Below are positions 55,573-64,000 of a stretch of DNA of 64,000 nucleotides, piece by piece. The translations under genes and the position numbers were made by a program. The stretch comes from Candidatus Latescibacterota bacterium. Its GTDB lineage: Bacteria > Latescibacterota > UBA2968 > UBA8231. Under the pieces are notes generated by a model. It was not told the DNA's origin, did no database searches, and saw only the letters and a program-made list of their open reading frames with translations. The stretch's first letter is position 1, and each line of letters begins with the position of its first letter. The DNA lies in the NCBI GenBank assembly GCA_965203175.1, contig OZ241867.1, forward strand, positions 3,488,001 to 3,552,000. The letters are read 5' to 3'.

Positions 55573-56814
55573 GTGCAAACTTACGATCTCATCATCGTCG
55601 GCGGCGGTCCGGCCGGTGCCACGGCCGCGCTATATGCGCAGCGCCATGGGTTGGCGGCTCTGTTGCTGGACAAGCAGTGCTTTCCCCGCGACAAGATCTG
55701 CGGCGACGCCCTATCCGGCAAGACGGTGGCCATCCTCCACGAACTGGGGCTGTTTGAGGGGCTGTGCGACCTGCCTGGGGCGGCTGTTGCCCGCATTGTC
55801 TTCGGCAGCCCAGACGCGAGCGCTGCGTCTATCGACCTGAGTCGCTATGAGTTGCACAACGCCCTGACAGGTCGGGTACTGCCAATGGAGGGGTTTGTCA
55901 TCCGCCGTGAGGTCTTTGATGACTTTCTCTTTGCCAAGGCGCGGGCTGCGGCTGCCCACACCTTGGAGGGTTTTGCCGTGCGCGAGCTTCTGAGAGAGGG
56001 CGAGCAGGTCTGTGGGGTGCGGGGGCGTACAGCGGACGGCACGCGTTTGGAATTTCGCGCGCCCTTGGTGTTGGGGTGCGATGGGTTCAATTCGATAGTC
56101 GCCCGCAAGAGTGGGTTGTATCGCCACGAGAGCCGTGATTGGATGGTGGCCTTGCGGCAGTACTTCGAGGGCGTGGCGGGTCTGAGCGATCAGATCGAAT
56201 TGCACTTTATAGACGAAGTGCGGCCTGGGTATTTTTGGATTTTTCCCCTAGAGGGCGACCGCGCCAATGTCGGCATCGGCATGGATCATCGGGATATCAA
56301 GGTGCGCGGCATCGATCTCAAGGATTCGCTCGCAGCCGCGGTGGCGAGCACGACCTTTGGCGCACGCTTCCGCGATGCCCGCCCTCTTGAAGACCCGGTC
56401 GGCTGGAATTTGCCGGTTGGCTCGCGGCGGCGACCGGCGCACGGGAATGGCTTTTTGCTTTTGGGCGATGCGGCCGGTCTGATTGACCCGTTCACGGGCG
56501 AGGGCATTGGCAATGCTCTGTACTCGGCTCGTTTTGCTGTGGAGACTGCAACTCAAGCTCGGGGGGTGGGGGATTATTCGGCTGGTTTTTTACGCCGCTA
56601 TGAGGATCGGTTGTGGGATGCGCTGGGCAGCGAGCTAAAGCTGAGCACCAAGCTGCACAATTTGGGCCGTTGGCCCTACTTGATGAACTTGGTCGTTCGC
56701 AAGGCCGCCAAAAATGCCGAGGTCAGCGACATGATCTGTGGCATGATGGCCGACGCCGTGCCGCGCAAGATGTTGACGAATCCGCTGTTTTACCTCCGAC
56801 TGATTTGGAAGTGA
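55573..56814 (+). CDS. Geranylgeranyl reductase-family FAD-dependent oxidoreductase
   Basis: GGGPAG, FPRDKICGD, DGFNS, PGYFWIFP, GDAAGLIDPFTGEGI. Confidence 0.9.
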   Translation: MQTYDLIIVGGGPAGATAALYAQRHGLAALLLDKQCFPRDKICGDALSGKTVAILHELGLFEGLCDLPGAAVARIVFGSPDASAASIDLSRYELHNALTGRVLPMEGFVIRREVFDDFLFAKARAAAAHTLEGFAVRELLREGEQVCGVRGRTADGTRLEFRAPLVLGCDGFNSIVARKSGLYRHESRDWMVALRQYFEGVAGLSDQIELHFIDEVRPGYFWIFPLEGDRANVGIGMDHRDIKVRGIDLKDSLAAAVASTTFGARFRDARPLEDPVGWNLPVGSRRRPAHGNGFLLLGDAAGLIDPFTGEGIGNALYSARFAVETATQARGVGDYSAGFLRRYEDRLWDALGSELKLSTKLHNLGRWPYLMNLVVRKAAKNAEVSDMICGMMADAVPRKMLTNPLFYLRLIWK

Positions 56815-56990
56815 ACACTCTGTCGGCTAACGTGCGACAGCTTCCTGACGACTTGGATCCGCCGCAGAGTGTGGATCGGATGGCCTTGTCCGCTCGTGTA
56901 TCTGGCCGCTCATTAATAGAATGGCAGGGCTAAGTGAAAATCTCTTGGCCTTGGCGCTTCAAGCCGCGAGTGCAGGAAAAGGAGTCCATC

Positions 56991-58601
56991 ATGATGGGTT
57001 TCAGAAAAACACATCCAATGGGTAGAAGTGGGGCCACTTTATTGCTTATAGCTCTGATGGGAGTGTGCTGCCTTTCAACCTCTGCACAAGCAACAGATAT
57101 GAAGTATAGCCAAGTGCGGATCTTTATTGCTAGCAAAGAAGATCTCCGCTCACTGCAACGAGCCGGCCTGTATTTTGACCATATCCGCTTAAACGGGGAT
57201 TCCTTTGATGTGGTACTGAACGAACACGACCTGGACCTACTGCAACGCATAGGTAGACCGTATGAGATTCTAATTGATGATATGGTCGCCGACTACCGGC
57301 AAAGAGCGGCCCTGCCAGCGGCTAAGCGGGCGGTGTTAGAGCAGACGATCAAAGAGGAATATCCGGTTCAAGGACTCAGATTGGGCAGTATGGGCGGGAT
57401 GTATACCTTCGATGAAGTGGTGACCGCATTGGATTCCATGCGCCTGGTATATCCGCATCTTATTTCTGCTAAACAATCCATAGGCTCATCTTATGAAGGC
57501 AGACCCATTTGGATGGTGAAAATATCCGATAACCCCGGTGCAGATGAGGCTGAGCCCGAGATTCTGTATACAGCCCTCCACCATGCCAGCGAACCTATGA
57601 GTCTTATGGTCGTGCTTTACTTCATGTACTATCTGCTGGAGCAGTACGGGCAAGATCTGGCGGTGACCTCTCTGGTGAATAATCGGGAACTCTACTTCGT
57701 TCCTGTAGTAAACCCCGACGGGTATGTCTATGCCGAAAAGTTGAATCCAGAAGGTGGGCAGGGTTGGAGAGGCAATCGCAATTTATCAGCTAGTGAACAT
57801 GGCGTGGATCTCAATCGGAATTATGGATTTGAGTGGGCGGGGCACGATATCCCATACTGGGGTAGCGCTCCATTTTCCGAACCCGAGACCCAGGCCATGC
57901 GGGATTTCTGCATTGGCCGCGAATTTAAACTTGCGCTCAATTATCACGATTTTAGCAAGAGGTGTTTGCTCCATCCCTGGGGGTACAACTTCAATATAGT
58001 TCACACACCGGATTCTACCACCTACAGGGAGCTTGGGGCCAAGATGACAGCGCTCAATGGATACCCGTATGGACCTGTAGTCGAGCTAATTTACGAATCA
58101 CCGGGCGCCCACGATGACTGGATGTATGGTGAACAAGAGGTAAAGAACAAGATTATGGCTATGGCACCGGAAGTAGGGGCCGGCTTCTGGCCTAGGCCGG
58201 ATTCGATCTTTGTCTTTGCTCATAGGATGCTTCACATGAATCTGGTCTTGGCTCAGGGGCCAGGTGTTATTCCTCCAAACGTTTTGTCAGACATAGAAGA
58301 AAGCGATTCTGACATCTTACCGATGGCCTTCACTTTACTCCAGAGCTACCCCAATCCTTTCAACGCAAGCACAACGATCACGTATCAACTTCCCCAGACT
58401 AGTGATATACAGTTAGCCATCTATAATCTGGACGGACAGAAAGTAGCCACCCTGGTCGCGGGCACCCGAGAACCTGGCATCTACACTTTGCTCTGGGACG
58501 GCCGCGATGATGACAGCCACGCCCTGGCCAGCGGCGTATATTTGTACCGACTTAAGACGGGGACACAAGCACAGACGCGGAAGCTTTTATTACTCCGGTG
58601 A
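56991..58601 (+). CDS. Secreted M14 zinc carboxypeptidase (carboxypeptidase T-like) with FlgD-Ig/T9SS-like C-terminal domain
   Basis: Signal peptide, HHASE, NPDG, GVDLNRN, NYH, PEVG; tail QSYPNPFN...SGVYLYRL...RKLLLLR. Confidence 0.88.
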   Translation: MMGFRKTHPMGRSGATLLLIALMGVCCLSTSAQATDMKYSQVRIFIASKEDLRSLQRAGLYFDHIRLNGDSFDVVLNEHDLDLLQRIGRPYEILIDDMVADYRQRAALPAAKRAVLEQTIKEEYPVQGLRLGSMGGMYTFDEVVTALDSMRLVYPHLISAKQSIGSSYEGRPIWMVKISDNPGADEAEPEILYTALHHASEPMSLMVVLYFMYYLLEQYGQDLAVTSLVNNRELYFVPVVNPDGYVYAEKLNPEGGQGWRGNRNLSASEHGVDLNRNYGFEWAGHDIPYWGSAPFSEPETQAMRDFCIGREFKLALNYHDFSKRCLLHPWGYNFNIVHTPDSTTYRELGAKMTALNGYPYGPVVELIYESPGAHDDWMYGEQEVKNKIMAMAPEVGAGFWPRPDSIFVFAHRMLHMNLVLAQGPGVIPPNVLSDIEESDSDILPMAFTLLQSYPNPFNASTTITYQLPQTSDIQLAIYNLDGQKVATLVAGTREPGIYTLLWDGRDDDSHALASGVYLYRLKTGTQAQTRKLLLLR

Positions 58602-58649
58602 TCCACGAATCGCCATGCTTGCCGTCCTAGCAAGCATGGCGTGGGCTAC

Positions 58650-58712
58650 AGATACCAGAATTTTGGGGACTTCTACCCTGAGCTTCTTGCCGCTTTTGAC
58701 TCCATCGACTGA
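58650..58712 (+). pseudogene. Orphan 3' gene fragment (possibly DUF4932-like C-terminus)
   Basis: Reads RYQNFGDFYPELLAAFDSID*; no obvious start; sits just before an attC-like element. Confidence 0.4.
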
Positions 58713-58740
58713 GCTAACGAGACTTGATTGGACCAACGAT

Positions 58741-58813
58741 GTATAACAGCACGTTTTGCGCTGCGGCGACCCCTCGACAAGCTCGGGGTTCGCAAACCGA
58801 AGAAACGATAGCT
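58741..58813 (+). mobile_element. Degenerate attC-like site with internal REP-like hairpin
   Basis: GTATAAC-agcacg-TTTGCG ... gacccctcgacaagctcggggtt ... CGCAAA ... aac-GATAGCT (GTTAGCT with one change). Confidence 0.5.
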
Positions 58814-58847
58814 GAAATTGAATCAGGAATGCAGAGAATAATGTGAT

Positions 58848-59462
58848 ATGTCGCTGGGTAAGGTCACTTGTTTTATAACGCGTAGCTTGGACGGCCGAAA
58901 GCACTTTCTCCTACTAAAGCACCCCTACGCCGGAAATCAAATACCTGCCGGGACAGTGGAAAAGGGAGAATCCTTTGTCGCTGCGGCACTCCGGGAGGCC
59001 CGCGAAGAAACGGGTCTAGACGGATTGAATGTTGTCGCAGAACTTTTGTCGGAACGGGAGAAGTTACCTCCCAACACAGCCGTCATCCAGCAGACTTCCA
59101 CTGTATACTCTCGACCAGACACTGGCAGTTTTGATTGGGTTACGATTCGCAGAGGTATTCGCGTTGATACCCGAGAAACTGAAAACGGTTTCGTGCAAAT
59201 CGATTATGTAGAAAAAGAGTTGCTCGGTTCGGATAGGATCTCATTTCAAATAACTGGCTGGATACCACAAGATGCTCTGACGACCAATGTTGTGCGTAAG
59301 CACTATCACTTAAGTTGCGCAGCAAGTGATGAGCTTGAGTGGGAAGTCTTTTCTGATCACCACAAGTTTGTCCTAATGTGGCATCCGTTGGCCGAAGATC
59401 CCCAATTGCAGGAACCATTTGGGGAGTGGTTCGACTCCGTCAAGAAGCATCTCGTTGATTAG
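58848..59462 (+). CDS. NUDIX hydrolase with SH3-like insertion
   Basis: Nudix box GTVEKGESFVAAALREAREETG; internal VYSRPD...GFVQI...GWIP. Confidence 0.85.
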   Translation: MSLGKVTCFITRSLDGRKHFLLLKHPYAGNQIPAGTVEKGESFVAAALREAREETGLDGLNVVAELLSEREKLPPNTAVIQQTSTVYSRPDTGSFDWVTIRRGIRVDTRETENGFVQIDYVEKELLGSDRISFQITGWIPQDALTTNVVRKHYHLSCAASDELEWEVFSDHHKFVLMWHPLAEDPQLQEPFGEWFDSVKKHLVD

Positions 59463-59463
59463 C

Positions 59464-59497
59464 TGCGGTTCGGGGGCATTTCAACGTTAGGCGTCAT
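59464..59497 (+). mobile_element. Partial attC (right-hand core only)
   Basis: ttcaac-GTTAGGC-gtca at 59480-59496; GTTRRRY core 24 nt upstream of next ATG. Confidence 0.5.
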
Positions 59498-59516
59498 ATG
59501 ATGAGAAGAGCAACTC

Positions 59517-60335
59517 ATGACCTCAAGTGAAGCCACAACCTCTCTCGGCACGTTCGCTTGGTTCGGCTACCAACTGCCTCTTGCTAAACGCTTGAAGCTG
59601 ATCAAGCAGAGTGGTTTCAGTCACACCTTTCTGTGGATGGGAAGTTCGGAATCCTTGGTGGAATCGGGTCGTGCTCACGAAATGCCGGGAATGGTTGCAG
59701 ATGCCGGGCTTGCCGTCGATCACGCCCATGCGATATATGAAAACGCAAATGCTTTCTGGTCTGATAAGCCCAGCGAACGCGACGCATTGGTCAATGAGAA
59801 CCTCAAGTTAATAGAGTATTGCAGTCGGCATTCGATTTCCTGCATCGTGCTTCACGTAATCAAGGGATCAACACCGCCTCCGCCGCACGTGGAAGGCTTG
59901 GAGATTTTTCGCCGGTTGGGCGAGGAGGCAGCAGATGCTGGGGTCGAGTTGGCTCTTGAGAATACAAGGGGAACCAATCACTTAGACCTCATTCTAAATG
60001 AAGTTCCTTTGGACAGCCTAGGCTTGTGCTACGATAGCTCCCACGACTACTTGCATTCCAGCACTCCTAGCGCTGTGCTTGACAAATGGGCGCATCGTCT
60101 CATCACGACGCACTTTTCAGACACCGACGGACAGGGCGACGTTCACTGGTTGCCGATGAAAGGAATCGCAGATTGGGATGCCGTTTCGAGAGCATATCCC
60201 ACATCGCACCAAGGCCCAATCATGATTGAGGCCGTGCCCCAGGATCGCGCGCAACCGCCCACTGAGTTTCTTGCAGACGCGTACGCAACAGCGATCAAAC
60301 TGAGGGCGAAACTGGTTGCGGACAACAATCAATGA
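59517..60335 (+). CDS. Sugar phosphate isomerase/epimerase (xylose isomerase-like TIM barrel)
   Basis: LALENT, CYDSSH, THFSD...D.H.LP..G..DW, IE. Confidence 0.85.
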   Translation: MTSSEATTSLGTFAWFGYQLPLAKRLKLIKQSGFSHTFLWMGSSESLVESGRAHEMPGMVADAGLAVDHAHAIYENANAFWSDKPSERDALVNENLKLIEYCSRHSISCIVLHVIKGSTPPPPHVEGLEIFRRLGEEAADAGVELALENTRGTNHLDLILNEVPLDSLGLCYDSSHDYLHSSTPSAVLDKWAHRLITTHFSDTDGQGDVHWLPMKGIADWDAVSRAYPTSHQGPIMIEAVPQDRAQPPTEFLADAYATAIKLRAKLVADNNQ

Positions 60336-60366
60336 ATCGGCTATGTAAAAGGAGGGAATTCTAAGG

Positions 60367-61089
60367 GTGATAAAGCGTAGTGTTAGCCTTTTGGCTTTGT
60401 TATGCGGCCTGTTGTGGAGCGTCCACCCCTGCGATGCTCAGACCGCAGAGAGACAGGTTGCACAGAGCCTGGTGCGTACTATTGAGATGCAATATCTGCT
60501 GTATTTGCCACCTGCATATGACAGCAGCGAAGAGAAATGGCCGTTGCTCTTGTTCTTGCACGGAGCGGGCGAGCGTGGAGACGACCTTGAGCTAGTGAAA
60601 GTCCACGGTCCTCCGAAAATGATAGCGCAGGGGAGGGACTTTCCCTTCGTGGTCGTCTCGCCGCAGTGTCCAAAGGATGAGTGGTGGTCCGTGGACGCGC
60701 TGGATGATCTCCTAAACGAGATCGTTGAGACCTATCGCATCGATACGGCTAGGATCTATGTGACCGGCTTGAGTATGGGAGGATATGCGACGTGGGGACT
60801 AGCCTGTACCTATCCCGAGCGTTTCGCGGCCGTCGTTCCCATCTGTGGTGGTGGGGATCGAGAAAAAGCGCCCTTAATAAAGGAGGTCCCGACCTGGGTT
60901 TTCCACGGCGCAAAAGACGAGGCAGTGCCGTTGCAACAATCTCAGGAGATGGTTGATGCGCTCAAGGAGGCCGGGAGCGATGTCCGCTTTACTGTGTACC
61001 CTGAAGGGGGCCACGTGGAAGCGTGGCAAAATGCATACGGCGATCCTGCCCTGTGGGAGTGGTTGGCAAAGCAGCGCCGGGCGAAGTGA
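60367..61089 (+). CDS. Secreted alpha/beta hydrolase (predicted peptidase/esterase)
   Basis: PLLLFLHGAGERG, SPQCP, TGLSMGG, FHGAKD, GH. Confidence 0.88.
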   Translation: MIKRSVSLLALLCGLLWSVHPCDAQTAERQVAQSLVRTIEMQYLLYLPPAYDSSEEKWPLLLFLHGAGERGDDLELVKVHGPPKMIAQGRDFPFVVVSPQCPKDEWWSVDALDDLLNEIVETYRIDTARIYVTGLSMGGYATWGLACTYPERFAAVVPICGGGDREKAPLIKEVPTWVFHGAKDEAVPLQQSQEMVDALKEAGSDVRFTVYPEGGHVEAWQNAYGDPALWEWLAKQRRAK

Positions 61090-61130
61090 AGACACTAAAA
61101 CCCCGGTTTGCTTTTAAAAAGAGATTAGTA

Positions 61131-62069
61131 ATGCTGCCGAAATCCCCGCAAAATACTCACCCTGTCACCTCGCGGACTCAGGTGCAACTGAAGGATATAA
61201 AGAAAAGATTACCCTTCCGAGTCCTTACGTCTCAGGATTGGGAACACTGGACTACTAAAGGTTATATCATCATCAGACAAGCCGTGCCGACAGCGAATGT
61301 GGAGCGCCTTGTCGAGCTCTTGTGGGAATTTGATGAGAAAGATCCGAATGATCCCACGACTTGGTGCGCTCCGCAACGGCGGGAACATAAAATGAAGGAA
61401 CTCAACAATACCGGCATGCTGGAGATCTACAATCACCAGTATCTCTGGGATAATCGACAGGAACCACGTGTATACGATGCTTTTGTCGATATCTGGGACC
61501 GGGAGGATCTCTGGGTCGCCATCGACCGCGCCAATCTCAAGCCTCCAGAGCAGGTCCGCGGCAACTCAGACGGCTTCATTCATTGGGACGTGGATACTTC
61601 GGTGCGACCTCTGCCGATCGGTGTGCAAGGCGTTTTAAGCCTACAGCAGCAGGATGGGGATGTCGGAGGATTCCAGTGTGTTCCAGTCCTGTTTGAAAAG
61701 TTAGAGGAATGGGTCAAGACCCAGCCTGCGGACCGCGATCCTATGCATCCCGATATAACTGGGTTATCCGTCGTGAATATCGAGATGGAAGCGGGCGATT
61801 TGCTCATTTTTAATAGCCTTCTCGCCCACGGCGTGCGCCCTAATCGCTCGAAGGACCGAATCCGCATGGCTCAGTATATTTCGATGCATCCGGCCGAAGA
61901 GGATAATGAAGTAGAGCGGCGGGAACGCATCCGTCTCTGGCGTGAACAGGACCATCCTCAGCGCGATGCTTTTCCCGGTGACCCCCGCGAATGGGAGAGG
62001 AAGCATGCTGAGACCGCAACGCTCACCGAGCTTGGTGAGAAACTGCTCGGTTTGAAAAGCTGGCACTGA
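61131..62069 (+). CDS. PhyH family Fe(II)/2OG oxygenase
   Basis: IHWDVD, GGFQCVP, AGDLLIFNSLLAHG..PN, RMAQYISM. Confidence 0.88.
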   Translation: MLPKSPQNTHPVTSRTQVQLKDIKKRLPFRVLTSQDWEHWTTKGYIIIRQAVPTANVERLVELLWEFDEKDPNDPTTWCAPQRREHKMKELNNTGMLEIYNHQYLWDNRQEPRVYDAFVDIWDREDLWVAIDRANLKPPEQVRGNSDGFIHWDVDTSVRPLPIGVQGVLSLQQQDGDVGGFQCVPVLFEKLEEWVKTQPADRDPMHPDITGLSVVNIEMEAGDLLIFNSLLAHGVRPNRSKDRIRMAQYISMHPAEEDNEVERRERIRLWREQDHPQRDAFPGDPREWERKHAETATLTELGEKLLGLKSWH

Positions 62070-62070
62070 A

Positions 62071-64000
62071 TCAGGGCAGTATGGCTTCTATTTTTACTTC
62101 GCCCTCGTCCCAAATCACCGTGCCCGCGCCCATCTCAGCTAGCTCGACTACATCGCCGGGCACCTCCAATCTCAACGAGGTCATCTCGATTCCGCTGTAG
62201 GCGGCAACGTACCTCTTGCCTCCCGGGCAGGCGCAGAGCCATATCGGGCCTTTGTCGCAGGTGAGCGTGGCGCCACCGATGGAGATCGGTCCGGAAGCGC
62301 TCTGGCGGGCGTAGGGCGATTCGTGCATGGGCCAGTCTAGGGAGCCGTCCTGGGTCCAACGCCGCTTTAGCGACCACTCATACAGATCGACTTCAATGCC
62401 GAGTATGCGGTCGTCGCGCGCGTACTCCACGCGGAGCGTGCGCTCGCTACCCGCGGTATAGGTGGCGGGCGGGGCTGCCTCGTCGACGAGCGCGCCGCTC
62501 GCTACCTCGGCGGCAAAATCGGCACCGCTGGCGTAGTCGGTGCGCTCGGCCAGTTCGGCGTAGAAACCGCAGCGGGGCTGGCCCTGGTAAAAGGAGCCGG
62601 GTTTGGCCATTTCCCAGAAAGTCTTGGCCGGTCCCGTATAGTTGTACATCTCCAAGGCCAGATGGCCGTCCAATTCGACCAAACGGATGGGGGCACCGCC
62701 GCCCAGATCGGTCCGTTCGAGCGGCTGGATGGCCGTCCACAGGGTGCCGCTGCCGACGACGACCACCTCGCCTTGCGGTACTGCCGTCGGCAGAGAATCT
62801 ACTTTGCGCTGGCCGATCCAGATCTCGTCGACCTGCTCGATCTCGGTCCATACGAGCACGGCTTTGGCGCTGGTGCGCCGCGTCCAAGCGTCTAGGCCGC
62901 GCGGGGCGTAGACGCCGATGGCGCGACCCCGCTCGTGTACGCCGTAGAAGTGACCCTCTTCGGGAACGACTTGGCCGGGCTCGCGCGACGGCGTCGTCTG
63001 GAAGCTGAGCCACTGGTCGTCGAGTATATAACGGGAAAAGAGCACGCCGCAGCGCGCGCTATCCGGGCGCCGGTACTGCGCGTGAAATACGCTGGACTGC
63101 AGGGCGATAAAGATGACTTCTTGGGTCTTTAGTTCGCAGGAGGCCACGCCTAGGCAGAAAGAGGGACTGTGATAGGTGCTCAGCGCTACGGGCTCTTCGC
63201 CGTGGGCTGTTTCGTCTATTTGCTGCGCCACGTTGGGGCGCTGCAACAGGTCGCCGATCCAGGCGGGTAGCTGTCCGTCATCTAACCAAGTGCGCATGTC
63301 ATCGGCGTTAAAGGCGTTGGCGTTAAAGACGGCATGGCTATAGGCGCGGCTGAAGGGGCCAGCCCAGCAGCCGATGCCGGGATGTACGTGTAACGCGGCG
63401 GAAAGGCCGAGGCGGGCGAGCATGGTGCGGGCGCGGATGCGGGTGTGTTCGTCCTCTGTCAGTTCGGCCAAGCGGCCCAGCACGCGCATGGCGACAGAGG
63501 CGTAGTTGGGGCTGTTGTACTCGGCAGGCAGGCCGTAGGTGTCCACGTGCGCCATCCAGCGCACCAGCTTTTCCCGGCCGCGCTGGCCGATGTTATTATC
63601 GCCCAACAACTGGCCGCCGAGGCAGGAGTTGGCGATGTCCTTGAGGACGATGTTGGTATAGGCCAGGGCTACGTCGATGCGCGCGATTTCCTCCAGGCCC
63701 AGCGCGACGGCGCAGCGCATAGCCGCGACCAAGTCCGGGGGCAGGGCGTCTGATGTTTTGCACAGCACGGGAATGCAATAAAAGAGCACGAACTGCACGG
63801 CATTGAGATCTTCGACGACTTCGTCTTCTAGCTCCCAGCGAAAATTGCCGCGGTGCGGGTCTGTGTCTCGCACTTCTTGGCAGGTGAGCACGGCGCGAAA
63901 GATGGCGGAGGCTTCGGCGATGGCAGCGGGTGCGCCGCTGGCCATCAGCTCAGAGGCCAGTTGAGCCGAGGGTATGGTGGCGTGAAAGATGCGTCCGCGC
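62071..64000 (-). CDS. Conserved hypothetical protein, at least 624 aa (5' end probably outside window)
   Basis: Frame stays open from ATG 63945 to the window edge (RGRIFHATIPSAQLASEL); GNFRW..ED..V.DLN, YTNI, EYNSPNY, AGPFSRAY. Confidence 0.8.
   Translation of the reverse strand, partial: RGRIFHATIPSAQLASELMASGAPAAIAEASAIFRAVLTCQEVRDTDPHRGNFRWELEDEVVEDLNAVQFVLFYCIPVLCKTSDALPPDLVAAMRCAVALGLEEIARIDVALAYTNIVLKDIANSCLGGQLLGDNNIGQRGREKLVRWMAHVDTYGLPAEYNSPNYASVAMRVLGRLAELTEDEHTRIRARTMLARLGLSAALHVHPGIGCWAGPFSRAYSHAVFNANAFNADDMRTWLDDGQLPAWIGDLLQRPNVAQQIDETAHGEEPVALSTYHSPSFCLGVASCELKTQEVIFIALQSSVFHAQYRRPDSARCGVLFSRYILDDQWLSFQTTPSREPGQVVPEEGHFYGVHERGRAIGVYAPRGLDAWTRRTSAKAVLVWTEIEQVDEIWIGQRKVDSLPTAVPQGEVVVVGSGTLWTAIQPLERTDLGGGAPIRLVELDGHLALEMYNYTGPAKTFWEMAKPGSFYQGQPRCGFYAELAERTDYASGADFAAEVASGALVDEAAPPATYTAGSERTLRVEYARDDRILGIEVDLYEWSLKRRWTQDGSLDWPMHESPYARQSASGPISIGGATLTCDKGPIWLCACPGGKRYVAAYSGIEMTSLRLEVPGDVVELAEMGAGTVIWDEGEVKIEAILP

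Noticed and set aside
1-64000. Stop-codon reassignment suggested by frequent TAG
   Set aside because: Conserved genes end at TAG, TGA and TAA at their expected lengths, with no in-frame interruptions
1-64000. CRISPR array, rRNA, cobalamin or other riboswitch
   Set aside because: No regularly spaced repeats or rRNA motifs; no B12-box recognisable upstream of nrdJ or the TonB-dependent receptor

Overview
GC-rich bacterial chromosome segment. Gene content (TPR-exbB-exbD-exbD-tonB, FlgD-Ig/T9SS-like C-terminal domain, a 'SWGxIK' C-terminal motif, several PhyH, UxuA and Gfo/Idh/MocA paralogues) suggests an FCB-group organism such as Ca. Latescibacterota; this is an inference. Positions 1-28.7 kb are mostly housekeeping: recN, xseAB, ymdB, rny, zapAB, pheST, rplT, rpmI, surE, an Omp85 protein, accD, a Ton system, nrdR-nrdJ, map, topA-xerC, thyA. 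The window has five tRNA genes (Cys, Leu, Arg-TCT, His, Arg-ACG). Catabolic/accessory patches follow tRNA-Leu and tRNA-Arg(ACG), and a compositionally different co-oriented block at about 56.9-62.1 kb carries degenerate integron attC-like junctions. Most notable: a candidate uncharacterised C-terminal sorting signal (TAI-x3-SWGAIK), a decayed cassette array, an RNase Y with substituted HD-domain metal ligands, a small-protein/PhyH/UxuA operon, a perfect palindrome over the predicted topA start site, and a decayed toxin-antitoxin/integration scar at tRNA-Arg. No CRISPR array, rRNA or intact transposase/phage integrase was seen. All calls are by eye; no database searches were run.
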